DNA of 64,000 nucleotides from Octopus vulgaris (taxonomy: Eukaryota). Shown here one piece after another: positions 12,009 to 25,827 of this stretch. The position numbers and the translations under genes were made by a program. The DNA is taken from assembly GCA_951406725.2 (NCBI GenBank), contig OX597819.1:121582001-121646000 (forward strand), read 5' to 3'. The notes beneath the pieces were generated by a model. It saw only the letters and a list, made by a program, of their open reading frames with translations, was not told the DNA's origin and did not search any database. Every line of letters starts with the position of its first letter. Position 1 is the stretch's first letter.

Positions 12009-12206
12009 TATATAATATATATATAATATATATATATATGTATATGTGTGTGTGTGTGTGGTTTTATTTGCAAATGTGAAAATAGAAGAAACAGTACTCA
12101 ATACATTAGTAGGAGTTTATTTATTTGTTTGATGCTCATGATTCTCTCTTGTTAACACACTCTTTCACTCTTTCTGTCTTCTCGCTTCTCGTATATAATA
12201 ATCACC

Positions 12207-12285
<79 letters not shown>

Positions 12286-12942
12286 TACATGTATATAATA
12301 TATATATATATATATATCCATATATGAATACATGTATATAATATATATATACATATATAATATATATGTACACATACATATATATATATATATTCTCTTA
12401 TACACAACACATATATCTATTTTCACAAATATCTGTTCTATGTGTATGTATGTGTATATATGTCTCTATATATGTATATATCTATATATATGTACATATA
12501 TACACACACAAACATAATTACACTTACATAAATATTCATATACATATATTACACACACACACATACACACACAGAATCAGCAAATGGAAAAAAAGGGGAC
12601 AAGGACGATTTCTAATAGATTAATTTTATTGAATTATATCTAATCTGAATATATATTATATTAATGCTAATCATGTAAATAGAAAAAGTTTCCTCTTAAT
12701 ATATGTCCATGTGTGTTGTACTCTGATAGTTGTTGAAATATATAAGTTTCTTAAAATAAAATAAAACCTGGTCGATAGATTCTGCTAATACTGCTTAAAT
12801 TTTTAAGCTAAAACACACAACGCGAGTGTTGTTGAATTCATTTACTTAAGTCTTGTAGCGGAATCAAATTGAATATTTAATTTATTTTGCAATTTTGCAA
12901 TTTTCGTGTTTTTAAATATTTATTAATAATGAAAGGATTGCC

Positions 12943-13525
12943 ATCGTTGCCGTTGTCGTCAGCATCATCATCGCTATCATCATCATTGTTATCATCATCA
13001 TCATCATCATCATTGTCGTCGTCATTGGTGGTGGCATCATCGGCATCATCATCGTCTTCTTCTTTAGTAGTTTCTGAAACACCTATTACCTACCATCGCC
13101 ACCACTGCCATGATTACCATGATCATCGTCATCAACTTCCTCCTCCTCTTCCATCTCCACTGCATCATCATCACTGTCATTGTCAGTATCCACCTCCTTC
13201 TCCTCCTCCTCCTCCTCCTCCTCATCATCATCCTCATCATCCTCATCATCATCCTTATCATGGTCTTCCATATCACTGCCATCTTCATCTTCAGCATTAT
13301 CATCATTGTCATCGTCATCATCATCATCATCATTGTCATCAACAATATCCTCCCCCTCCTCATCACCATCATCGTCATCTTCATCCTCTACGTCATCGTC
13401 GTTGTCATTGTCATCATTCTCCTCCTCATCATCATCATTATCATCATTGCCATCTCTGTCATCATCATCGTCACCAGTATCATCATCATCATCATCATCA
13501 CCATCATCTTCTGCATTCTCAATCA
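12943..13525. repeat. Degenerate (CAT)/(CCT)/(CGT) trinucleotide array
   Basis: Direct observation. It produces spurious poly-His, poly-Ser, poly-Asp and poly-Met ORFs in all frames. Confidence 0.9.
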
Positions 13526-13813
13526 TTTTGGTGTCCATTCTTTTATGATATACTTCAAAACCTTACACTTTCTCTTTCTTGCCCTCTACAGTTTATAGCT
13601 GGCATCTTTGCCTCCAACTGAATGGTTAATTTCTGTGGAAAAATCTTTATAGATACCTGTGATTATTATTCTCTGTCACAGCCTGCGGCTCAAATATTCA
13701 CACAATGTTTCTCTCTCTTTGTGTCCACTTTGTGTCCAAAGTTGACTTCAGCAGGAAACTTGGAACATGATGACTGTAAAGCAATCATTAATCCAACATG
13801 TTAACCTCTCGAT

Positions 13814-14060
13814 CAATGGTTCCCAAAGTGGGCAGTATTGCCCCCCGGGGCGTGGTGGAAAGTTCCAAGGAGGCATTGAAGAAAAGTGGGGTGAAAATGG
13901 GGTGGGTAGCGATTCATGTAAAAAGTGGGGTGAGAATGGGGTGGCGATTCATGTGAAAACAACAAAATAATGGATTCATTACGTTAAGTTATATCTGTGA
14001 AATACAGTTGCTTTGAATTTTCCTCAGAATCGGTCTTTGTGATGGTTAGTTGGGGCAGGG
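13814..14060 (+). mobile_element. hAT(Charlie)-like DNA transposon left end, truncated
   Basis: Begins CAATGGTTCCCAAAGTGGGCAGTATTGCCCCCCGGGG, resembling CAGTGGTTCCCAAA hAT termini. It has an internal duplication of AAAAGTGGGGTGA.AATGGGGTGG..CGATTCATGT. No right TIR was seen. Confidence 0.5.
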
Positions 14061-14079
14061 GCACATAAAAACCACCATT

Positions 14080-14288
14080 TGAGCATAGTCAATGCAAGTG
14101 CTACTTGACTGGTCCCTGTACAAGTGACAGGTAGAAAGCACCTGCTCTCGGAGAGGTTGGCATTAGGAAGGGCATCCAGCTGTAGAAACTTTGCCAGATC
14201 AGACTGGAGCCTGGTGGGGCCCTGGTTTACCAGTTCTCAATCAAACTGAACAACCTTTGCCAGCATGGAAAGCCAATGATGATGATGG

Positions 14289-14320
<32 letters not shown>
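14080..14320 (+). mobile_element. Family D element (degenerate)
   Basis: GGTTGGCATTAGGAAGGGCATCCAGCTGTAGAAAC...GCCAGCATGGAAAGC followed by (GAT)n. Confidence 0.75.
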
Positions 14321-14321
<1 letters not shown>

Positions 14322-15524
14322 GAGCATATTTCTATATTTTTTCGCTATAAGCAAACAGACAATGTTTCTGAACGTTCATTTTGTTTCTTTGTTTTTTTTT
14401 GGGTTTTTTTTTTGTTATTTTGTTAAGTCTTCCTTCCAAACTACTCTTCCTCTGATCAAACCACAAAAACCACAGTTTCGCTCTTCTCCGCCATTCCTAT
14501 CCACTTCTGTCTCTTTGTTCAAATATGGAAGGCACTGCTACCACCAGTAATATTGTTGTCAGCATCATCAACATTATCATCTTTGTTGTCATCACTATCG
14601 TCAACATCATCATCATCATCATCATCATCATTGTTATCACCCCATCATCAACATCATCATCATCATCATCATCATTGTTAACATCACTATCATCATCATC
14701 ATCATCATCTATAATGCCACCTTCACAACTGCCACTCCATCATCATGATCATCAGCATCATCATCATCAACATGAATAACAATATAAATTTTCTCACCCC
14801 CCCCCCCCACCCCCATCATATTCCCTACCTGACTTCAATACCTGGATGGAATGATCTTACGTCACTAATTACTTTTAAAGGCACTCCTGACCATTCCAGC
14901 TTCCACATCTCTTCCACCTTGACATCTCTTACATTTGTTGTGCAGGTATTCTAAGAATTATTACTTTAAGGTAACCCTGCTGTGATTTAAATATATTAAA
15001 CTGAAGCTCTAATTAGCTTTAATTAATTCCTATTTCATTCATTACAAGTTAGATTATTTTTTATAAAGTCTGCAAAAACTATTTTGTTTTGTTTTTTTGC
15101 TCTAAAGTTTTCTTAGAAAGGATTAAATTTAAATTTAAATCAAATTAAGAATTTAACAGGAATAATTAATTAATTAAATTCATGTATAAATGACTGGAAA
15201 GAGTTCTTGCTAATGGGATTACAATATTTGAAATTAATAACAATACACTCCCAGATTAACAATATTTTAATATCTACTTATGCACCAACAGTTTTGTTAC
15301 CTGGATCACTAATCATTCTCAGGTGATTTAGTCATGGATGTATACACCTTTCAAAATGTTATATATAGTTTAAAGAACACTGCTACTTGGTTCACTCCAA
15401 GAATGGTGCTTTTAATCCGTTTGATAACTACTCGTCTGAGACCATGCTCGGCTCTAAGATACCAGCTTCCTGCTTTAAAATAATGATTGAAATTCAAGTC
15501 ATCTTTCAAAATTTCATGACAGGC

Positions 15525-15841
15525 ATCCATGCTAGTGGAGCACCAAGAGCACCATCCAAGAGTACCATCCGAGCATGATCGTTGCCAGAGCGGCTAACTG
15601 GCTTCCCTGCTGGTGGCATGTAAAAAGCACCATTTGAGCGTGGTCATTACCAGCGTTGCCTTATTGGCACGTGAAAAAACATTTGAGCGAAGTCATTGCC
15701 AGTGCTGCTGGACTGGCTCCTGTGCAGGTGGCACGTAAAAAACACCATTTGAGCGTGACTGGAGCCTGGCGTAGCCATCTGGTTCACCACTCCTCAGTCA
15801 AATCATCCAACCCATGGTAGCATGGAGAGCAGACGTTAAAC

Positions 15842-15870
<29 letters not shown>
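15525..15870 (+). mobile_element. Family D element with 5' tandem units and internal deletion
   Basis: Three to four GGTGGCA.GT.AAAA.CACC-type units are joined directly to the CCAACCCATG.TAGCATGG...GACGTTAAACGATGATG tail. Confidence 0.75.
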
Positions 15871-15872
<2 letters not shown>

Positions 15873-16164
15873 CAAACACCAGTTGTTTCACAGTGGTTTT
15901 GAAATGAATTGAAATAGAATCAGCCAAAATAGAATTTCAACCAAAATACTGTAACAAATGGGTTAAATTGGTCTAAATTGAAATCTTGCTTCCAAATTTC
16001 ATATTAATTTCTGTTCTATACAACAGCTTAATAATGACAAAGTTATTTTTGTAAATTCTTCATTATTTTCAAAATTTATTGAAACAGGGATGGCATATTT
16101 CAGCAGCAATATGGGAACAAAAGAGTTAAAGTGATCGAAATGAAAATCTTCTATCAAAATTTCA

Positions 16165-16580
16165 TACTCTTTTACTTGTTTCAGTCATTTAACTGTGGCC
16201 ATGCTGGAGCACTGCCTTTAGTCGAGCAAATCGACCCCAGGACTTATTCTTTGTAAGCCTAGTACTTATTTTATCAGTCTCATTTGCTGAACCACTAAGT
16301 TATGGGGATGTAAACACATGAGCATCGGTTGTCAAGCAATGGTGGGGGGACAAACACAGACATACAAACACATACACACGCATACATTTATATACATATG
16401 TACATACATATATACAATGGGCTTCTTTCAGTTTCTGTCTACCAAATCCACTCACAAGGCTTTGTTTGGTCAGCCCGAGGATACAGCAGAAGACACTTGG
16501 TTAAGGTGCCACACCGTGGGACTGAACCCACAACCACGTGGTTCGTAATCAAGCTACTTACCACACAGCCACTCCTACAC
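16165..16580 (-). mobile_element. SINE family A, full length
   Basis: Reverse complement of the family-A head, body and tail (CTCTTTTACTTGTTTCAGTCATTT.ACTGTGGCCATGCTGGAGCAC ... CTTACCACACAGCCACTCCT). Confidence 0.9.
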
Positions 16581-17369
16581 CCATGTTAATTTGTGTTCCA
16601 AACACCTACTTGATCATGGACACAGTCATTTTAGCAAATTCTTTGTTATTTTAAAAATTAATTGAAACAATTTAGTGTTAATGTATTTGGAGATAAATAT
16701 TGTAACAACATGGTTAGATTGCTAATTGTTAAATTATTGTCAAGATCGCCAGTTATGGAGTCGCAAAACCCATATCAAGGATAACTCTGAGCCTTGTAGC
16801 TAACAAATAGAGGGCTCAGAAGGGGACATACTGGGCCCCAAGGCCTACTGGTTTTATAGACATGTCTTGATATCACAAGAGTTAAATTGGCTTAGTGCCA
16901 CAAGTAAGTCCAGAAGACCAGTGACTAGCAGAGTAAACTTTGAAGAATTTGGTAGTAGGAACTAAGGAAGCATTACTGTAGCTTCTCCTCTGAAGGAATT
17001 ATGTATATTCAGACTTTGGTATGGAAGAACATGATTTCTAATGCCTTCAAGCAAGGCACTTGAAGAGAGAGAGAGAGAGAGAGAGTAGGAAAAGAAAGAG
17101 GGAGAGGATGTGCATGCACATATACATACATGCACAAAAAAGAAAGAACTGTTGAATAAATTCTTTGCGTTTGGAACTTGCACTCACATGCATACTTGTG
17201 TGTATGTGTATATATATATGGGTGTGTGTATACCTGTGTGTGTCTATGCGTTTGTATATAGAGAGATAGATAGATAGATATACTGGAACATAAATATATG
17301 TATAAGTTTAAATGCATAGATATTTATATAACTTTACACACACAAGCATATATATATATATATATATGT

Positions 17370-17401
<32 letters not shown>

Positions 17402-18327
17402 CACACACACACATACATAATGCTCCAGGGTTCAGCGCTTCAATTAAGCTTTCAAATCAAAATCAAGAGATTTATAACATTTTAAAAGAGAAAAAAACAA
17501 ACAAAAAAATATATCCAAAAGTAAAAAAGTTAAAAGCACCAAAAATTCCCACAAAAACACCTAAAACATGGCATTTCAGGCGTATCTATTTTTCTTCCTA
17601 TTCTACTCTTCTTTTCGTTAGGGAATTTCAAGTTTTAAAATTTTGATTTAAATTCATTGTTCCTAGTATTTCTTTAAAATTTTTATGTATCTTGGAAAAC
17701 AAAAGAAAAAAATATTTAAAAATGAAAAAAATATGCTTTTAATGCTATCAACTTTTTTGTCTTCTTCTTAATATAATAGTTTCAATTTTACATTTATTTT
17801 ATATTTTTTTTTATTGTGTATGTGTGTGTTGTCTTTTGTAATTCTTTCTATCTCTAAGAAACTTTTCCTGATTAAGTAAATATTATATTGAATGACCTTA
17901 ATAAAACTGCTATTAATGATAAAAAAAATTATATAAAATGATAACATGCGCAAAAAAACAACACAATGCAAAAATATACAAAACTATAACAAAATAATAC
18001 AAGGAGCAATATCATAGGATGTAAAGTTAAATTAATAAATCAACTTTAAAAGATAGAAAATACAGCGAAAATAAATACAATTCTTGGTGATGGCGTTTGT
18101 GGTGGTCGTGGGTGGGTTGGAGGTGGGACATAAATTTAATTTATCAACCTTATATTTTTCCCTTAGAAAATATTAAGCCATTGTCGGTTCTTAAAATATT
18201 CCCTATTATATATGCGGTAAGGAAATCTCTTCCTCTATTATTAAAACTCACCAAGATTTTTTTTTCCATTATACATACATATACGTAAACACACATATAC
18301 ATATATATACATACACACACAAACAGA

Positions 18328-18372
<45 letters not shown>

Positions 18373-19036
18373 GCATGCATGTATGTATGCATGCATGTAT
18401 GTATGTATATGTAGATATATTTGCATATATGTACCGATATGGATATATATATATATCATATACACACATACATATCTTAAAGCTTGCCTTTCTGTTGATT
18501 TTTATCGTTATCAAAGCATTCATTTTCTTTCTGTTTTTCTTTATGTCATTGCAAAAACCTTGTTAAGGAACTCAAGTGATTAAATAAATACATATATTAT
18601 ATACATACATACATGGATACATATATATACATATATATAATTATTACGTTTTCTTTTTTCTTTTTTTTTTTTTGTTTGTTTTTGTTTAGCAGGAGTATTA
18701 ATTTTGTATTTCAATAGAAAGAGGCTGCTATTGTTTCTTAACGAATATGAAAAGCACCATATCAATATATTGTTTCGAAAAGTATACAATATTTTAATCA
18801 TGGATATGATAATATAGTTTTCATTTTCTAAAATCCATTAAATGAAAATTAAAAACCATCGAATGCTTATCACCGTAAAAGTATAGACTCTTTATCTTTC
18901 TCTACACTTGAAAAAATAAAAAAAAAATTTTTTTAAAGTAAAGGACAAAAAGTACAAGAAAATATGCCAAAAAACAAATAACAAACTGAAACAATCTTTA
19001 TCTCTTGTAGTTTAATGTTGTTTTGCCTAAATCTAA

Positions 19037-19083
<47 letters not shown>

Positions 19084-19212
19084 TAATAATAATAATAATA
19101 ATAGCAGGAAAAAATGTTGATATTTACTTGTTTTATTTTACGCCGAAGTTGAGTTAAAAAATTAGAGTTCTCAGAAATATCTAAGGTATGAATAAAATTT
19201 AAAAAAAGAAAA

Positions 19213-19271
<59 letters not shown>

Positions 19272-19426
19272 CTGTTGAATTTAGTTTTGAAAAGATGAGA
19301 AGAGCGACGAGAAGAAAAGAAGAGGAGAGAGATGCTGGAAGAGAGAGAGTACGGCATTAAAGACATTAACAGTAACAACAAGAACAAGGAGCAACGACAA
19401 ACGACAAACAACGTCATTTGAAAAAC

Positions 19427-19458
<32 letters not shown>

Positions 19459-19899
19459 GTAATAATGATGATGATAATAATATAACTGAAAAATCATTTG
19501 AACTTCTTAAGTAGAGATAGTTTATGGCTATCTCTGCTCTGAGTCATTGCAACTTCATAAGTTACTCTGCTGATAAGGAATATTTTCTAAGACCCTCCTC
19601 GGGTTTTTTTATTTTATTTTTTTTTTTTAGTTTTTTATTTATTTATTATTATTTTTTTTTGTGGGGTTTTGGTTTTGGAGTGGAGGTGGGTTATCGCTTT
19701 TGATGATGTATTCTGTCTTGTTGAGTCATTTGCTTAACCATGATGCGTTAATGTTTACACTTATACATGCTGGTAAGAAGGAAGGACAAACAAAAGAAAA
19801 TATATAAACGCATAGATGTATGCAAATATTTGTACACATAAATGTATATAAACATACATACATAAATACATAGGTATATGCATGGATATATACGCTAAT

Positions 19900-19932
<33 letters not shown>

Positions 19933-20624
19933 TATATTTATATATATTTGATATGTAGATATATATATATTTAACTGTGTATATATATAATATATATATA
20001 TGTATGCATATAATCATAATATATAAAAGTACATATATAAGCATATATTTTTATATATGTATGTATATACATATATATATGTATCTAAATAAATATATAT
20101 ATGTGTGTGTGTGTGAGTGTGTGTATCGATATATGCATATATATAGACACATTTGTGTATATATGTGCATTTATATATATATATACATACATGTATTTGT
20201 ATGTGTGTGTGTGTATATATATTTATGTGTGTGTGTGTGTGTATAAAATATGATCTTGTCATATAATTCTCATTGCCAGCTTCACAAAGTATCTCCTGCG
20301 ATTTCTGTCTTTTTGTTGTTTTTCTTATTCACCATTATTCCTGCTGTTTGGAATTTAGGGTTCAGAATTCAGCTTAACTTGATACACTCTCTGATAAGTT
20401 TAAATATTGTTTGTTGCTCCTCTTGTATTTTTTTATCTTATTTTTTTTTTATTATTACGCATATGATATGGCATTTGAAAAAAAAAAAATTCTTCTCAAG
20501 AACAACAGCAAAATATTTTCCTGCCTGCATAAAAGACAGCATCGAATATTATTAGATTTTAATATTCATTAAAATTATTAAAACGATAAAGATAAGTAAA
20601 TATAAAAATAATAATAACAATAAC

Positions 20625-20668
<44 letters not shown>

Positions 20669-21048
20669 TGATAAAATAAAATAAAAATCTAAGATTCTTC
20701 AGCAAAATCCCAATTTGCATCTTTGATCACATTATGTTTGTTTGTTTTAAGTCTTTAAACAAGTTTTTAATTTTCTTTTTTGTTTTTTTTTTCTTTTGTT
20801 TTGTTTTTTGTTTTGTTTTGTTGATTTCTGTGTAATTCAAAAGATTAAGAACATAAACAAGCGAGATAAACAACTGAAACAAAACAACGCAAGAAAACTA
20901 ATTTTTCTTTAAAACAAAAGTAAATATAAATTTTAATTTTGTATACTAATGAGGACAAAATAATGATAATCTTCATATACCCACATATATATACATATAT
21001 ACACACACACACACATATATATACATACATATATATAAATATATATAA

Positions 21049-21117
<69 letters not shown>

Positions 21118-21127
21118 TATATATATA

Positions 21128-21179
<52 letters not shown>

Positions 21180-21499
21180 TGTATTTGTATTTTGTTTTGT
21201 AATATTAAGAATAATTCTTGGACAAGTTTACTGAGATACCGATTTAGGAAACTAAGCTTAGCTGTTTATTTTGAATTATTGATTTCTTTGTCTGTTTTGG
21301 AATTATATAATGGATTTCAATAAGCTACAAGATATCAGAAGTTCTATGGTTAATGCCCCAGAGCGAAAGACCAGCTACTAGTCTGCCAAGGTATAGGTGT
21401 TGTTGTTGTTGCTGTTGTTGTTGTTAAGCTATATGTCAGTCCTTACAACCATTCTTGCACCATAAGCCATGCCTCAGTTGTTGTATATTTATCTTCTGC

Positions 21500-21720
21500 T
21501 ACTTGTTTCAGTCATAGGGTTGTGGCCATGCTGGGGCACTGCTTTGAAGAATTTAGTCGAAAAAACTGACCTCAGTACAGGACTTCCTTTAAGAAATCTG
21601 GTACTTATTCTGTTGGTCGTCTTTTGACAAACTGCTAAGTTATAGGGATGTAAACAAACCAACACCAGATGTCAAGCAGTGGGGGTGGTGACAATAACAA
21701 ACAATGACATATACACACAT
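21500..21720 (-). mobile_element. SINE family A, 3' half
   Basis: TACTTGTTTCAGTCAT...GTGGCCATGCTGGGGCAC...CTGCTAAGTTA..GGATGTAAACAAACCAACACC. Confidence 0.75.
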
Positions 21721-22449
21721 ACCCATGTACTGTGATGTGAGTCTATGTCATTACAAATATCCTTTATCATGATCCTTGTAGCATGAGGTTCTTGGCAACT
21801 TTGTAATACATCAGTTCACTCTTCTTATTTGCATGATACACAGTTGTAAATGCCATGCACACAGTTCTCTAACCCCCTGCTCTAGCTAATGTAGGAGATA
21901 ATGTTCTATACATCAGCCAGAGCTGCCTGTAATTGCTCTTTCATGAGCATTAAAAAGGTCCCTATGTCTTTCAGGATATATAGATATGTTATTACATTTC
22001 TCACTTGCTGTTAGAGATCAGAATAAGGTTAGGATGCACCTCCCATTGTCATGCAGCTCTGCCAAACAGACTTTTTCTCCATCAGATAATTCATGTGTAG
22101 AGCTTGACTAGTACTCTTGTTGACTTCAAAGGTTGATCTCTGTTGGATTTGAACTCAGAATGCTAAGAATGGGGGAAAAAAATGTCACAAGGTTTCTCTT
22201 CTGATGATCTAATGATTCTGCCAGTCAATTTCATTGACTTAGTACCTGCCTAGTATTTTTTTTAATCAACCTCAAAATGTTTACATCAATGGGATTTGAA
22301 ACCAGAATGTAAAGAGTTGAAAGCAATAGCACAAGCATTTTGTCTCACTAGAGAGGGAGTATGTAGTTGATTGCATGTGACACCTCCACTGGTATTTTAT
22401 TTTTTATAGTAAGATTTGGAGACAGTGTAAAAAGTGAATACTGTTCTTG

Positions 22450-22850
22450 GACTCAAAATATTAGTCACCAAGTCTCCATAGAGTAAAGGAGACTGAGATC
22501 ACAACACATCCCCTGAATGGGATGCCAGTCCATCGCAAGGTAACCCATTTGCAGTCAAGCAGACTGGAGCAATGTGAAATGAAGTATGGTGCTTAAGAAT
22601 ACAATGCATGGCCCAGTCTGGGTATTGAAACTATGAACTTGTTATAATGAGTGCAACACCTGAGATTCTAAACTGAACACCTTTACAAGAAGTGAGTGCT
22701 GATTGAAAGAAAGAAAAACAAAAAAATGGATCTTGTCTTAGTTAAGGATGGTGTATGTAACTGAAAGAAGTTTGTTGGATATACATGGAATTGAAACCAT
22801 GATATTGCAATCACAAGAGCAACACTCTAACCACTAGTCCATGTACCCTC
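22450..22850 (-). mobile_element. Degenerate CORE-like SINE(s)
   Basis: GGGATGCCAGTCCATCGCAAGGT..ACTGGAGCAATGTGAAATGAAGT..GCTTAAGAATACAA, plus a tRNA-like head remnant CTCTAACCACTAG.CCATGT at about 22825-22845. Confidence 0.5.
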
Positions 22851-23400
22851 ACAGAAATAGAAGAGAGAGAGAGAGAGAGAGAGAGCTGAACAACAGCACT
22901 GCTACACATTTTGTGCACTGTACTCTGTCACTGCCTCATTTCTTCTAGAAATTCTTTTCATTAAGATTAACAGCAACAACAACAACAACAACAACAACAG
23001 TGCTAACGATGATTATAATGATAATATAATTTATTTATATAAGCAATCAAAAACAGAAAAAATTAGGTACATTATTTGTAAATAGTATTTGATCTTAGTA
23101 ATTAAAAACACAAAAAAATATGTATCTATCTATCACATAACAAGATATGTTAAAAGTTATTTACATTTGATCGTGATATTTGTTGATTATATTGAAATTT
23201 AAACATATAAACAAATTAATTTGTTCACACTTAAATGAAACCCAACTTTATCCTATTTATAATGACTTAGCTATTAAGTCATGGTGAATTTATTTCTGTA
23301 AATTAAAGGAAGAGATGAGGAGAAAGTGAAAAGCGATGAAGACTGCTATAGCTGCACTTGGCATATTTTCCTCCTCTGGTAACCCAGTTATCTGTGTGTC

Positions 23401-23444
23401 TTTCTCTGTGTTTATACATGAGTATGCATATAGAAATATATATA

Positions 23445-23484
<40 letters not shown>

Positions 23485-23522
23485 TATATTTCTATATGCA
23501 TACTCATGTATAAACAGAGAAA
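23401..23522. repeat. Fold-back palindrome centred on a (TA)n tract
   Basis: TTTCTCTG(TG)TTTATACATGAGTATGCATATAGAAATATATATATGT ... ACATATATATATTTCTATATGCATACTCATGTATAAACAGAGAAA. Confidence 0.9.
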
Positions 23523-23525
23523 AAG

Positions 23526-23573
<48 letters not shown>

Positions 23574-23997
23574 GTACGTATGTATATATATGTATATATC
23601 TAAATATATGTACGTATGTATATATGTATGTATATATGTAAATATATAATTTGTTTGAGACATGATTTTTAAAGAAAACAAAAGTCAATCATCTAACTGA
23701 ACACGATAAAAGATTATCAATTAGTTTTACATTATCTTCGTTATCGATATATTCATGTATACACACACACATACACATCTATATAAATAAATAAATATTT
23801 ACATATATATATATATATATATATATATGAGTATGTGTGTGTGTGTTTGTGTTTATGTGTGTGCATGAATGTGTATATATATATACATATATATGTTTAT
23901 ATATATGTATATATACACACATACATATATATATATACATACATATATATATATATATACATATATCTATATATATATATAAATATATATATACATA

Positions 23998-24038
<41 letters not shown>

Positions 24039-24338
24039 CTAATTAATATTGAAAACAAAAGCATCGTTAATGGTAATTTATGGATGAATAGTAGACAAAA
24101 ATCAAAGTGTTATATTTATATATTTGTTTATTCATAATTTTTTTCTGTCCATTTCAAGTTTTTTTGTTTTGTTTCTGGAAAGTTTTCCTTTTACTTTTTA
24201 CATTAAAAATTTTTCAGGTATATATGTATACATATGTGTATGCATGTACATAGATATGTACGTATGCATGCATAAGTGTGTATGCACACACATATACAAG
24301 CACATATATATTCATATATATATGTGTATAAATGTGTA

Positions 24339-24372
<34 letters not shown>

Positions 24373-24470
24373 TTTTTGTTTTTCCCCTAACCACTAGGCC
24401 ATTGCGCCTCTATATATATATATATAAATAAATATATATATATATATATATTTAAATAATTATGTGTTTG

Positions 24471-24516
<46 letters not shown>

Positions 24517-24692
24517 AGTTCTGAGGATGAGATGATATCTCTGTCATGATTCCCAGATGTGGATAGAATGGTAATCGAAAAAGACTAAGAAAACTATTCC
24601 TCGTCTCCTGCTGAAATCTTGAATATTCTTATGTCTAAGACAGTTGTCAGTGTTATTAACCATCGTCATCATCATCAGCATTTTCATGAAAA

Positions 24693-25036
24693 TTTGCCAG
24701 CTTCGCCTGGCCCCCGTGCCGGTGGCACGTAAAAGCACCATCCGCTCGTGTCCGTTGCCAGCCTCGCCTGGCCCCCGTGCCGGTGGCATGTAAAAACACC
24801 ATCCGTTCATGGCCGTTTGCCAGCTCTGTCTGGCACCTGTGCAGGTGGCACGTTAAAAGCACCCACTACACTCACGGAGTGGTTGGCGTTAGGAAGGGCA
24901 TCCAGCCGTAGAAACACTGCCAAATCTGACTGGGCCTGATGAAGCCTTCCGGCTTCACAGACCCCAGTTAAACTGTCCAACCCATGCTAGCATGGAAAAC
25001 GGACGCTAAATGATGATGATGATGATGATGATGATA
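24693..25036 (+). mobile_element. Family D element, young copy with three ~61-bp 5' units
   Basis: GGTGGCA(C/T)GT.AAA..CACC at 24721, 24782 and 24844, then the conserved core and a CCATGCTAGCATGGAAAACGGACGCTAAA(TGA)n tail. CpGs are largely intact. Confidence 0.85.
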
Positions 25037-25529
25037 TATATATATATATATACACACACATATATATATGCATATATGAAAGTTGACCCATCAGTAATTC
25101 CAAGTTGGGTATAACTTTTTTATTTTCTGACATTGGTCATTGGAATTGCACATCTTGAGTAGCATCAATCACAAGGGAAGCTTCTACACCATCCCTGAAC
25201 CCACCTCAGAAAACCTCTTTCAAATGTGGAGAATGTACCCACTTTTTTATTGTCCCCTTCACTCTTACCTGTATCATCAGATTATTGTCTTTGAAAACTG
25301 CAGAAGTCAAGAGAGTACCAGATCAGGGATATAGTCACTGTACACAATCTAAAGACCAAAATACACGTTTCTCCAAAACCCAGGAGACAACACTTCAGAA
25401 TCAGATGTGTAATTAATATTGATTAATTTTAATTAACCCATGTGTTATATTTCTATGGAAGTGCGCTTGCTTGTGTTTCAGTTAATTTAAAAAATAATAA
25501 AAAATGTTTGTGAAATAATCTCATCATAA

Positions 25530-25827
25530 ACGAGCATGATCGTTACTAGCATCGCCTTACTGGCACCTGTGCCGGTGGCATATGTAAAAGATTTGAGCAA
25601 GGTCGTTGCCAGTGCCGCCTGAAATGGCTCCGTGGCGGTGGCACGTAAAAGCACCCACTACACTGTTCAAGTGGTTGGCGTTAGGAAGGGCATCCAGCTA
25701 TAGAAACTCTGCCAGATCAAGATTGAAGCCTGGTGCAGCCATCTGGTTCGCCAGTCTTCAGTCATACATCCAACCCATGCTAGCATGGAAAGCGGACATT
25801 AAACGATGATGATGATGATGATGATGA
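25530..25827 (+). mobile_element. Family D element
   Basis: Two 5' units, the core and a (GAT)n tail. Confidence 0.8.

Noticed and set aside
12887-13621. 244-aa His/Pro/Ser-rich ORF and antisense 150-aa Asp/Glu-rich ORF
   Set aside because: A trinucleotide repeat open in most frames. Similar arrays occur at 14550-14775, 40058-40498 and 55270-55380, with no splice or domain support.
13650-13662. Partial matches to known miRNAs (miR-993-like here, miR-133-like near 55961, miR-7-like near 59332, miR-219-like near 59670)
   Set aside because: Only 10-13-nt matches without full mature sequence or a precursor hairpin.
24936-24960. CTGATGAAGCCTTCCGGCTTCAC hammerhead-like motif (also 53274-53296)
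   Set aside because: Lacks the GAAA half-core. Other family D copies read CTGGTGCAGCC at this position.
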